Shown here: positions 1 to 9,423 of the stretch, one piece after another | How the letters are laid out: the number at the start of each line of letters is the position of its first letter | Position numbering within the stretch: position 1 is the first letter of the stretch | NCBI GenBank assembly: GCA_040289575.1 | Contig: PSLL01000012.1 | Span: forward strand, 37,096 to 58,076 | Direction: 5' to 3' | Source of the DNA: Candidatus Dadabacteria bacterium | GTDB taxonomy: Bacteria > Desulfobacterota_D > UBA1144 > Nemesobacterales > CSP1-2 | Length of the DNA: 20,981 bases | The notes under the pieces: generated by a model | Database searches by the model: none | Seen by the model: the letters and a program-made list of their open reading frames with translations, nothing else | What the model was told of the DNA's origin: nothing | Made by a program: the position numbers and the translations under genes

Positions 1-66
1 AGAGAGTTTGTTTATCAATGTTTTTAAGAATAGGAGGCATTAAGATCTAAAGGTTTAAAAAATCCA

Positions 67-96
67 CTTATTAATACATTAGGATGTATTAATAAG
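67..96. repeat. Perfect 13-bp inverted repeat (CTTATTAATACAT-tagg-ATGTATTAATAAG)
   Basis: Arms 67-79 and 84-96 are exact reverse complements with a 4-nt spacer; intergenic, upstream of the GT4 gene. Function (operator or hairpin) is inferred only. Confidence 0.8.
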
Positions 97-160
97 CTAA
101 CTAAGGTCTAGTAGACCTAATACAAAGCATAGGCATAGAATTAGGGGATTATAAAAAGTC

Positions 161-1279
161 ATGAAGGTCCTAATGCTAAGCTACGAATTCCCTCCCCTGG
201 GTGGTGGGGGAGCAAAGGTAGTCTATGGGTTGTCTAGTGAATTAGTAAAGCTAGGACATAGTGTTGACCTTGTGACTATGGGTTTTCAGGGGCTTCCCGA
301 TTATGAGCAAGTCAATGGGATTAATGTGCACAGGATTCAATGCATTAGGGCAAGAGAGTCAGTCTGTTCTACACACGAGATGTTCTCTTATGTTCTTTCT
401 GCCGTACCTGTCGCATTGAGACTCATAAGACGAGAACATTACCATATAAACCACACACATTTTATCTTTCCAGACGGCCTGGTTTCATATATTTTAAAAA
501 AATTAACTGGGATTCCTTATATTATCACAGCCCATGGCTCTGATGTGCCGGGATATAACCCTAATCGGTTTAGGTTGGGACACAGGCTTTTTTCTGTACC
601 GTGGAGCAAGGTTACACAAGGCACAGAGCAAATCATCTGTCCCAGTGAAACCCTAAGATCGCTTGTTCTTAAACACAGTCCAGATACCAATGTCGCGGTG
701 ATTCCAAATGGTATAGATATAAATAAGTTTCAAATAAATTGGAATAAAAAGAGGCGTATTCTCCTAGTAAGCAGGATGTTTGAGAGGAAGGGGATTCAAT
801 ACTTTCTTAGAGCCTTGGATGGACTGGACATTGAACACGATATAAACATAGTTGGAGACGGCCCCTATTTAAGAGCTTTACAACAAATGGCAATTAACCT
901 AAAAGTAAAGGTTAGATTTTGTGGATGGCTTGAAAATACATCACGAGAGCTAAAGGAGTTGTTTGAGACATCCAGTATCTTTGTATTTACATCAGAGTCA
1001 GAGAACTTTCCGATTGTCCTTCTAGAGGCTATGACGGCAGGTATGGCAATTATCACGACAAAAGACACAGGTTGCGCCGAAGTGGTAGGAGATGCGGGCC
1101 TGTTGATTAACTCGAGAGACCACGTAGCGATAAGAGAGGCATTAAATAGGCTTATCAGCAATCCTGAATTATGTAGAGAATTAGGACAAGCTGCCCGCTC
1201 GAGGGTTGAGAAAAATTTCACTTGGTCAGTTATAGCCAAAAGGTATATTGACATATATTCGAAATTCATGGAATGTTAG
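161..1279 (+). CDS. Glycosyltransferase family 4 (GT-B fold)
   Basis: N-terminal MKVLMLSYEFPPLGGGG, ITAHGSDVP, VIPNGID, RMFERKG, E-x7-E motif (ESENFPIVLLEAM), C-terminal FTWSVIA; GGGGA SD upstream. Confidence 0.93.
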   Translation: MKVLMLSYEFPPLGGGGAKVVYGLSSELVKLGHSVDLVTMGFQGLPDYEQVNGINVHRIQCIRARESVCSTHEMFSYVLSAVPVALRLIRREHYHINHTHFIFPDGLVSYILKKLTGIPYIITAHGSDVPGYNPNRFRLGHRLFSVPWSKVTQGTEQIICPSETLRSLVLKHSPDTNVAVIPNGIDINKFQINWNKKRRILLVSRMFERKGIQYFLRALDGLDIEHDINIVGDGPYLRALQQMAINLKVKVRFCGWLENTSRELKELFETSSIFVFTSESENFPIVLLEAMTAGMAIITTKDTGCAEVVGDAGLLINSRDHVAIREALNRLISNPELCRELGQAARSRVEKNFTWSVIAKRYIDIYSKFMEC

Positions 1280-1325
1280 CAATGGCTTTAATTCATACGC
1301 CAAGCCGTATGAAAAGGGTGTAAAT

Positions 1326-2324
1326 GTGAAAAGACTGCTTTTATGGATACTAAGATTATGCATCACCATTGGTATACTATATTATCTCTTTACTAAAATT
1401 CCTTTTTCAGAAGTCATTGCTTCAATTACCTCAGCCAATCTAAGCTATGTTTTAATTGGGTTTTTGATATGGATTCTCACCCGATATATCGCGGCCTGCC
1501 GAATGAAGCTCTTGACCGATAGGCAGGGTATGTCTCTCTCTGTTTTACAGATACTCGGGATCAGCTTCAGTACCATTTTTTATGGATTGTTTTTACCGGG
1601 AGGATATTTAACAGGGGGCCTAGTCCGTTGGCATAAGTTATCTAAACCCGATAATAAATCAGCAGAGGCTGTCGCGGCCATTATTTTTGACAACATAGTT
1701 GATATTACAACCCTTTGTACGTTAGGGATATTATTTTGGGTATTTGATAGACCCTCCGATTGGGGTTATATCGGTTTAAGCTTAGGCACCGTTTTATGCG
1801 GACTTCTCTTGGTCTATACACTTATCTCTACCCGAACTATCTCAAGTAATAATGTCAACCCGATCAATCTGCCTTTTATACCAAATATATTGAGTGACAA
1901 AATCATTAAGCTGATCATATCCCTAATCCGATATCAAAATTTCTCTCTGGGCTACCTCGGCATTATACTCACTCTGTCACTTGCTTGTAATCTATTTGGG
2001 ATAATCGCCAATTACCTATTTGTCCTTTCTCTTAACATGAATATCCCTTTTATCACAATCGCCTGGATTCGAGCGTTTCTCTTTATCCTATCTATGCTTC
2101 CTATATCTATTTCTGGATTTGGGGTTCGCGAAGGAGCACTGGTTTTTTTACTTAGACCCTATGGCATCTCCGCGGCGGATGCTGTAGCCCTGTCTCTTCT
2201 TATCCGTAGCGTTGGTTTCGGTATAGCTGGAATCGGGGGCCTAATTGAGGCGGGGAGGCTAATTTTGCCAAACAGAAATAGGCATGAGGCAAAGGAGGTG
2301 AACCGTGGCTTTGAAAGAGGTTGA
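1326..2324 (+). CDS. Lysylphosphatidylglycerol synthase TM / flippase-like multi-pass membrane protein (UPF0104/AglD2-like)
   Basis: Multiple hydrophobic helices; FYGLFLPGG..GG.VR and LPISISGFGVREG motifs typical of LPG_synthase_TM. Start moved from the ORF-track 1248 to GTG 1326 (AAGGGTG SD-like sequence; avoids overlap with GT4). Confidence 0.85.
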   Translation: MKRLLLWILRLCITIGILYYLFTKIPFSEVIASITSANLSYVLIGFLIWILTRYIAACRMKLLTDRQGMSLSVLQILGISFSTIFYGLFLPGGYLTGGLVRWHKLSKPDNKSAEAVAAIIFDNIVDITTLCTLGILFWVFDRPSDWGYIGLSLGTVLCGLLLVYTLISTRTISSNNVNPINLPFIPNILSDKIIKLIISLIRYQNFSLGYLGIILTLSLACNLFGIIANYLFVLSLNMNIPFITIAWIRAFLFILSMLPISISGFGVREGALVFLLRPYGISAADAVALSLLIRSVGFGIAGIGGLIEAGRLILPNRNRHEAKEVNRGFERG

Positions 2325-3604
2325 GCTTCTGTCTGGTGCCTGGTATGGTGACAAGCCAATCACAATCAACTTCCCCTCATCTTGGGATGTCGTGGTAGTC
2401 GGTAAGAAAAATATACCGGCACTGACTGATAATCAAATTAGAGAAAAGATTAATAACCCCCAATTATCAGATCTAGCCTCGAAAAGAAATTGCGTTGCTA
2501 TAATCATAGATGATATTACAAGACCCACCCCTACCGCCAAACTCATTCCATTCATACTAGAAGAATTAAAACATGCCGGGATTAATGAGGATTCAATCAT
2601 TATAGTAATAGCAAGTGGAACTCATAAAAGTGCTTCAATAGAGGATATTATAAAGAAGGTAGGCGAGGATATTGCCCATAGAATCAAGGTAATACCGCAT
2701 GATTGCAGACAGGATTTAGTTTATTTAGGGAAGTCATCAAGAGGAACACCAATATACGTGAATCAAACTGTTTTAGAGTGTGATTTAAAAATCTGGGTAG
2801 GATGTATATACCCCCATGCAAGTGCCGGGTTTTTCAGGTAGCTCAAAAATAATAATGCCCGGCGTATGTGGTATTGAAACCGTTCGCTACATGCATAACT
2901 ATATCAAGGGAGCCAATCAAAGAGGTGGATCACTTCAAAACAATATAAGGCTAGAGATAGAAGAGGTATCATCAAGAGTCGGTCTTGATTTCATTGTAAA
3001 TGTGGTCTTAAACCAAAAACGGCAGATAGTAGACCTGTTCGTAGGGGATAAAATCTCGGCACATAAGCAAGGGGTGAAGTTTGCCACAAAACTTTACTGT
3101 GTAAATCCGGTGGAAGATGCAAATATAGTGATTTCGGACACATATCCTTTTGATACCAGTTTACAGTTTGTCCCCAGCAGAGGATTCTGGCCACTCATGG
3201 ATGGAAAAAACAAAAGTTCAAAAATCGCAATCGCATCATGCCCAATGGGACTGGGATACCATGGTTTATCTCCCATATCAATGTCTCTTCTACTACGCCT
3301 CCTCCGTAAGCTGAAGTATCTTCAATTAAGGGAATCTCTACATTTAGCCCGCCGGATTAAAGCTTTAAAAAAAATCCTTATGCGAAGACATCTAGAGTTT
3401 ATGATGCTATCCCCTGGAATCACAAAAGAAGAATTAAAAACGGTTTTTCCTAAAGCTAAACTATTTAGCACTTGGAATGAAATTCTATATGAGCTTGAAT
3501 CTCGCCATCGAAATCTACCTGTTAAGGTAGCCATCTATCCATGTTCACCATTACTGATACCGATACAAGATGGGTTTTCTGATGAGTACGCAACAGATAG
3601 GTAA
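2305..3604 (+). CDS. LarA-family (lactate racemase domain, nickel-pincer nucleotide-dependent) protein; +1 frameshift in T-run at ~2830-2834
   Basis: ORFs 2305-2841 and 2816-3604 join into DDITRPTP...ASGTH...PHDC...LGKSSRGTPIYVN...YPHASAGF|SGSSKIIMPG...ETVRYMH, matching the LarA motifs DxTRP, GTH and PHxxAGFSGGxKxxxPG. Removing one T from gggTTTTTcaggt restores the frame. Confidence 0.85.
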
Positions 3605-3696
3605 CAAGAACTTAGGAAGAAGTAAACTACTTTTTTAAGTCGTAGTTAAGGCTGTCAAAAGGATAATGGAATTGGAAATATAAGGATTGGAACTAA

Positions 3697-4314
3697 ATGT
3701 CAAAGAATAGTGACGCTCATTTTAAATGGTACATTGAGGTGCGCAATCCGCTAAGGAGACTTCAGAGAAGGTTATTGGCTGAAAGCTGCAAGGGAGAGAG
3801 AATATTAGATATTGGTGGAGGAACGGGTAGAACTGGCAATGCCCTCTTACAGAGAGGACATGAGGTTACTGTGTTGGACAGGAATGAGGCTATCATGAGA
3901 TTTGGACAACAAAGTTACCCCAGCCTAATTTTTATCCGAGCAGATGCCTACAGTTTACCTTTTAGAAATGATAGTTTTGATGAAGTGATTTTAGAGGAAA
4001 TCATAGAACACTTTAAAGACCAGCATAAGGTTATTGAGGAGATACTGAGAGTCCTAAGGCCGGGGGGACAAGTTGTACTTTCAACACCAAACAATCACCT
4101 GTTTAGGGTTTATATATTTCTTTTGAGGCTTGTAACGCTTAAATTTGATAGGCTCACAGAGCACGTTAAGAGCCACACAAATGAGTTAACCTCCAACCAG
4201 CTATTCAGCCAATTTAGTGAAAAGAGGGTTATTGGTCTAAACCCTTTCTGTCAATATCTGGCGAAAAGATTCCCCCAAATTGGAATAGGTTTGATTGGGA
4301 TCTTTAAAAAGTGA
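3697..4314 (+). CDS. Class I SAM-dependent methyltransferase (Methyltransf_11-like)
   Basis: ILDIGGGTG motif I, ADAYSLPFRNDSFD, IEH, RVLRPGG, STPN. Confidence 0.9.
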   Translation: MSKNSDAHFKWYIEVRNPLRRLQRRLLAESCKGERILDIGGGTGRTGNALLQRGHEVTVLDRNEAIMRFGQQSYPSLIFIRADAYSLPFRNDSFDEVILEEIIEHFKDQHKVIEEILRVLRPGGQVVLSTPNNHLFRVYIFLLRLVTLKFDRLTEHVKSHTNELTSNQLFSQFSEKRVIGLNPFCQYLAKRFPQIGIGLIGIFKK

Positions 4315-4325
4315 GGTGAAAAATT

Positions 4326-5984
4326 ATGAATAGAAGCAACAAGGAACAAAGACACAATCCTATAGTTGTGATAGGATTAGATAGTGCCGACCCGGATCTA
4401 ATACTGAAGTGGTCAAGTGAAGGACACTTACCAACAATAACCTCGCTTATGAATCATGGCTGCTGGGGAAGGTTGAACTCTACAGCAAATATATCCAGTG
4501 GATCGTTATGGCCTACATTTTTTACCGGAACCTCTCCCGCTAAACATGGTTGTTTTTTCGGACATCGCCAGCTAAAGACCGGTACATACCAAATCTACAA
4601 GAAAGATGCCGATCAAATTAAGAGGAAACCATTTTGGGTCTGGCTGAGTCAAGCGGGAAAGGGAGTCGCTATTTTTGATATTCCTCAAACTTATCCAATC
4701 AATGGGCTTAACGGAATTCAGATTACAGCCTGGGGAGTAGAGGCCCCGCATTGGAGTATGTCCTCCTGGCCCCCTGAACTCATACGAGAGATCACATCAC
4801 GGTTTGGAACCCATCCACTCGCAACCTGGTATCAAATGAGACCTGAGAAGGTAAATGAGTTTGAGGAGTTGCACAAAAAATTAATTTCCGGGGTAGAGAA
4901 AAAGGGATTGATTTCAATGTACCTTTTAGATAAAGAACCTTGGGATTTCTTTTTAACGATGTTCTCAGAGCCGCATTGGGCCGGGCATCTGCTTTGGCAT
5001 ATAATGGATGACAAACATCCGTATCATAACCCTCAGATAGCCAGAACCTTCGAAAACGCAATTCGTGACGTTTACTCAGCGATTGACTCGGCTATCTCAA
5101 AACTCATTGAGGCTGTCCCTGATGCCACCTTTCTAATCTTTTCTCCAGCGGGTATGGGGCCTAACTACAGTGGAATACATCTACTACCTGAAATTCTAGA
5201 AAGAATGGGCATAATGGGAAAGACAGCGCAAGATAGAGATCAAAGCGAACGGTTTCCAATTGAGAAGATAAATCATCTGATGCCATACAAAAGGTGGGGA
5301 CCTTACGCGCTTAAAAAGTTAGAAAACCTAGTGCCAACAAAAGTAATAGAGATGGCAAAGCAAATGATTCCCCAAAAGATTTGGGATAACTGGACGCGCC
5401 GTTTATTAACTGGCGGGAACGACTGGCGATGGAGCAAAGCCTTCTGCGTGCCAAATGACTTCTCTGGAGCGATAAGAATTAACCTTAAAGGTCGCGAGCC
5501 TAAGGGGCTAGTTGAGTCTGGTAGAGAATATGATGCGCTTTGCGAGGGAATTATAGAGGAGCTTAGCAGCTTGGTAAACGTAGACACAGGAGAGAGAGCA
5601 GTTAGTGAGGTAATAAGAATAGACAAGCTTTATCAGGGAGAGCAGTTATGTGAGCTTCCCGACCTCGTCGTAAATTGGGTCAGGGATACGCCGATTAAGG
5701 CCCTCTATTCTCCACGCATTGGCACCGTTAGTGGAGAAAGTCCTGATAAACGAACTGGGGCGCATAGAGCCCATGGTTTTCTCTTATGTTCTGGCAAGAA
5801 CATAAGCCGTGGAAAAATGTTTGAAGAAGGACATATTATGGATATAGCGCCTACCATTCTTTACCTTATGGGGCAGCCTGTGCCTAAAGATATGGACGGT
5901 AAAGTTCTATTGGATATAATTGATGAGGATTTTAAATCTAATAATCTCGTGCACTATTTAAAGCCCATGGTTGATAAACACTAG
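4326..5984 (+). CDS. Alkaline phosphatase superfamily protein (type I phosphodiesterase/nucleotide pyrophosphatase-like, COG3379-type), copy 1
   Basis: VIGLDSA, GHLPTI, SSGSLWPTFFTGTSPAKHG, IRINLKGREPKG, LPDLVV, TGAHR, IMDIAPTILYLMG...DMDGKVL; GAGGTG SD. Confidence 0.88.
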   Translation: MNRSNKEQRHNPIVVIGLDSADPDLILKWSSEGHLPTITSLMNHGCWGRLNSTANISSGSLWPTFFTGTSPAKHGCFFGHRQLKTGTYQIYKKDADQIKRKPFWVWLSQAGKGVAIFDIPQTYPINGLNGIQITAWGVEAPHWSMSSWPPELIREITSRFGTHPLATWYQMRPEKVNEFEELHKKLISGVEKKGLISMYLLDKEPWDFFLTMFSEPHWAGHLLWHIMDDKHPYHNPQIARTFENAIRDVYSAIDSAISKLIEAVPDATFLIFSPAGMGPNYSGIHLLPEILERMGIMGKTAQDRDQSERFPIEKINHLMPYKRWGPYALKKLENLVPTKVIEMAKQMIPQKIWDNWTRRLLTGGNDWRWSKAFCVPNDFSGAIRINLKGREPKGLVESGREYDALCEGIIEELSSLVNVDTGERAVSEVIRIDKLYQGEQLCELPDLVVNWVRDTPIKALYSPRIGTVSGESPDKRTGAHRAHGFLLCSGKNISRGKMFEEGHIMDIAPTILYLMGQPVPKDMDGKVLLDIIDEDFKSNNLVHYLKPMVDKH

Positions 5985-6023
5985 AAGAAGTCCCCGATAT
6001 TAAGGAATTAATAAAAGATAAAC

Positions 6024-6957
6024 ATGACTCAAGACTCTGAACTTGTAGCGATTATTATTCTTAATATGAATAAAAAAGAAGATACTCTTAAATGCTTAGA
6101 AAGTGTCTTTAGGTTGAACTACTCTCCTTATGAGGTTATTGTGATTGATAACGGCTCAACAGACGGCTCGGTTGAGACTATATCCTAAAGCCTTTCCAGA
6201 AGTCCACTTAATTAGAAGTACCAATAATCTAGGTGCTGCCGGAGGACGCAATCTTGGAATTCAATATGCCGATAAGAACTTTCAGTATAAGTACCTTTTC
6301 TTCTTGGATAATGATACTCTGGTTGAAGATTCGTCCCTTGCTAAGCTTACCGAGGCTCTGAAGAATGATGAGAAGGCCGGGTTTACTTTTCCAAAAGCCT
6401 ATAGGATGCCGCAATCTAAGATTATTATGTCGGTTGGCATAAACGTTAACCTTTATACTGGCTCAATCTACGATATGGGTGCTGGAGAAATTGATCAGGG
6501 GCAATATAATCTGCCTAGATATGTGCGTGCATGTGGGGCCTTTGGATTCCTAGCCAAGAAAGAGGTCTTTTCTCAGATTGGATGGTTTGACGAGATTTTT
6601 AATCCGTATGGATGGGAAGATGTAGATTTCTCTCTACGGGCTAGAAAAGAAGGATTCAAAATTTTATATGTACCTGAGGCTCTAATTTATCATAGGGGAG
6701 GTAGATTAGCCAGAGGACCTTTACCTGAATATGAGAAGTACAAAATTAAAAACTTCTTTATACTTATGAGACGGCATACAAATTTATTACAGTGGGTGTG
6801 CTTTGCTATTTTAATACCATTAAAGGCCGTTTTTCATACAATAGAGGGGGTGTATCATGGAAATTCTAAAGTGGTATTGGCACGATTTAGAGGATTTTTA
6901 GACAGCTTTATAAGGGATCAAGATACCTTTAGAGATAAAAGTGACGAAAATAAATGA
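6024..6957 (+). CDS. Glycosyltransferase family 2 (GT2, rhamnosyltransferase-like); +1 frameshift at ~6184
   Basis: ATG 6024 reads MTQDSELVAIIILNMN...CLESV...YEVIVIDNGSTDGSVETIS* (TAA 6186); removing one C (ATA TCC TAA AGC to ATA TCT AAA GCC) joins it to ORF 6145-6957 with NLGAAGGRNLG, FFLDND (DxD), FDEIF..YGWEDVDFSLR and IYH. Confidence 0.88.
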
Positions 6958-6972
6958 GATAGCAGAAAAGCC

Positions 6973-8625
6973 ATGAATACAAATCGTAGTGTGAAGGGAA
7001 ATAAGCCAATAATCGCAGTTGGAATAGATGTGGCCAGTCCCGAGTTCATCGAGAAATGGACCAGAGAAGGTCATTTGCCGACAATATCTTCCCTCATAAA
7101 CGTGGTTCTTGGGGTAGAATTCACTCCGTATCAGATATATCCAGCGGCTCCATATGGCCAACCTTCTTCACGGGAACCTCTCCTGCCAAGCATGGACAGT
7201 TCTTTACACATATGCAATTCATTAATGAAACTTATCAAATTGATAAAAAGTATGCAGACCAGGTAAAAAGAGACCCTTTTTGGTTTCCGCTCAACCGAGC
7301 AGGAAAGCGGGTTGCTGTTATCGATGTGCCTCAAACATATCCTCTCAAGGGACTGAATGGTGTTCAGATCGTGGGTTGGGGCGCGGAGTATCCAGCATGG
7401 AAGAGGTCCTCATGGCCTCCCAATCTCATTGGCGACATTATATCTCATTTTGGACTCCATCCCCTTGCCGATGAGTACCGATTGTCAATAAGACCCGAAA
7501 CACAGAAAGAGTACAACAAACTATATAAGAAACTGATCTCAGGAGCCGAGAAGAAAGGTGCAATATCAGCGTATCTCTTAAATCAAGGGCCTTGGGATTT
7601 CTTCCTAACTATATTCCCTGAAACACATTGGCTATGCATTTGCTTTGGCAGATCCTAGATGAAAAGCATCCCGATTATAATCCTGAGGTTATAAGAAACT
7701 TTGAAAATACCTTTCTTGAACTGTATTCAACTATTGATTCGTGGATTTCAAAATTTATGGAATCTATACCCGATGCCACATTTCTCATCTTTTCCCTTTC
7801 AGGAATGGAACCCAACTACAGCGGATGGCATTTATTACCCGAGGTGCTCCAAAGGATGGGCATGATAGGAGATGCTCCCAAGAGCACCAATGGCGGCTTC
7901 GGTTCGAGGATTTTCAAGAACTTTGAGTGGCTTATGCCAACAAAGAAATGGGGCACACATAAGATTAGGAAATTAGAGGACTCTCTCTCATTAAATGTGA
8001 TTGAGATAGCAAAACAAATCATCCCTAGGAGGATATGGGATAAGTTGACACGACGTGTGCTCTACGCCGGTAATAACTGGAGGTGGAGTCGTGCCTTTTG
8101 TATACCAAACGACTATACCGGAGCAATAAGGATAAATCTAAAGGGCAGAGAGCCAAATGGGATTGTGGAACCAGGTAGAGAATATGATGATTTGTGTGAT
8201 GAGCTTGTAAGCGAGATTGATAATCTCGTAAATCCTGACACGGGGAAAAGGATGGTGAGCGAGGTATTGAGAATAAGCGAGGCTTTGCAGTGGAGAGAAT
8301 ATATGGGATCTTCCCGACCTCATTGTAAAATGGGGGGGGTGATGCGCCGATTAGAGAGTTGTATTCTCCCCGCATCGGTACGGTTAGAGGAGAAAATCCC
8401 GAGAGGCGAACCGGAGCACATAGACCTTATGGCTTTCTCGTAGCATCAGGAAAAAATATAGACCGTGGTAAGGCCATTGAAGGAGCAAGTATTATGGATA
8501 TAGCTCCCACCATTCTATATCTTATGGGTCAACCTATTCCACAAGATATGGATGGTAAGGTTCTATTGGATATAATTGATGATGATTTTAAAGCTAATAA
8601 TCCTGTGAGTTATATACAAAAATGA
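6973..8625 (+). pseudogene. Alkaline phosphatase superfamily protein, copy 2 (paralog of 4326-5984); four single-base frameshifts (real decay or sequencing error)
   Basis: Colinear with copy 1 across ORFs 6973-, 7056-, 7628- and 8359-: -1 A at ~7098-7100, -1 G at ~7630, +1 G at ~8281, +1 G in the G8 run 8332-8339. The repaired sequence reads GIDVA...SSGSIWPTFFTG...ETHWAMH...INLKGREPNG...WDLPDLIVKWGGDAPI...TGAHR...DIAPTILYLMG. Confidence 0.85.
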
Positions 8626-9307
8626 ATTATCGCTCCTTTGGCAATACAGGTCTATATGTTTCTGAGGTAGGTTTGGGATGTTCAAATATTGGGGGCGGTG
8701 TGCTCTATAGGGATGATAGAAAATCAATCCGATTACTGTATCGTGCATTTGAGCTTGGAATAAACTTTTATGATACTGCTGACATCTATGGATACGGCCA
8801 TAGTGAAGAACTAATTGGAAGCGCTTTTAAAGGCCGGCGTAGCCGGATAATAATCGCAAGCAAAGTAGGAATGCTGACTTCATCGATTTGTGTTTAAAAT
8901 ATTCAAGTATCTCATCTCTTCAGGTAGTGTTTAATCTCTTAGAGCAGGAGGCAGCTAAAGAGCTTCTTTCCCTATCCCACCAAAAAGGGATTGGTATTAT
9001 TGCCCGTGTTCCGTTAGCAAGGGGTCTACTTACCCAAAAGATGGCCGTTCAGACCGGTCCGCCCATCAATAGAAACCGGCTGCGGATAGCAAAAGCCAAT
9101 ATAGAACAACTCTCCCTTCTATTAAATGAGAAAATGCGCACCCTCCCTCAGACGGCTATTCGGTTTGTCTTACACCACCCTCAGGTCTCCGTAGTAATTC
9201 CGGGAACAAGGACGGTAAAACATTTAGAAGAAAATGCTACGACTCTTTGGGTTCCGCCTCTGACAAAAGAAGAACTAGAGAAGCTTACTTTATTATTCTC
9301 CTCTTAA
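8622..9307 (+). pseudogene. Aldo/keto reductase with internal deletion
   Basis: N-part MNYRSFGNTGLYVSEVGLG...FYDTADIYGYGHSEELIG...IIASKVG; C-part in another frame QVVFNLLEQ...IARVPLARGLLT...AIRFVL..VSVVIPG...HLEEN. The central SLxRLxTDYIDLxxxH/GKIRxIGVS segment is absent at the ~8880-8890 junction. ATGA overlap with the upstream gene. Confidence 0.85.
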
Positions 9308-9423
9308 AAAGCGGGCCGGACCTTTGACTCCAAATCAGTCGTGGTCAAGCTTGAGAGTTATGTTCTGGAGATCACAGTAAAAAACGGATAACATATTAGG
9401 ACATTCCAGTAGAGTAAATATCA

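Noticed and set aside
1..43. Possible 3' end of an upstream gene (ESLFINVFKNRRH*)
   Set aside because: Too short to assign a frame or product with confidence.
1248..1325. ORF-track N-terminal extension of the flippase-like protein
   Set aside because: Overlaps the GT4 end and is hydrophilic; GTG 1326 has an SD-like sequence and begins the first TM helix.
2826..2841. Programmed ribosomal frameshift in the LarA homolog
   Set aside because: A single extra T explains the break, it falls inside a conserved motif, and similar indels affect neighbouring genes.
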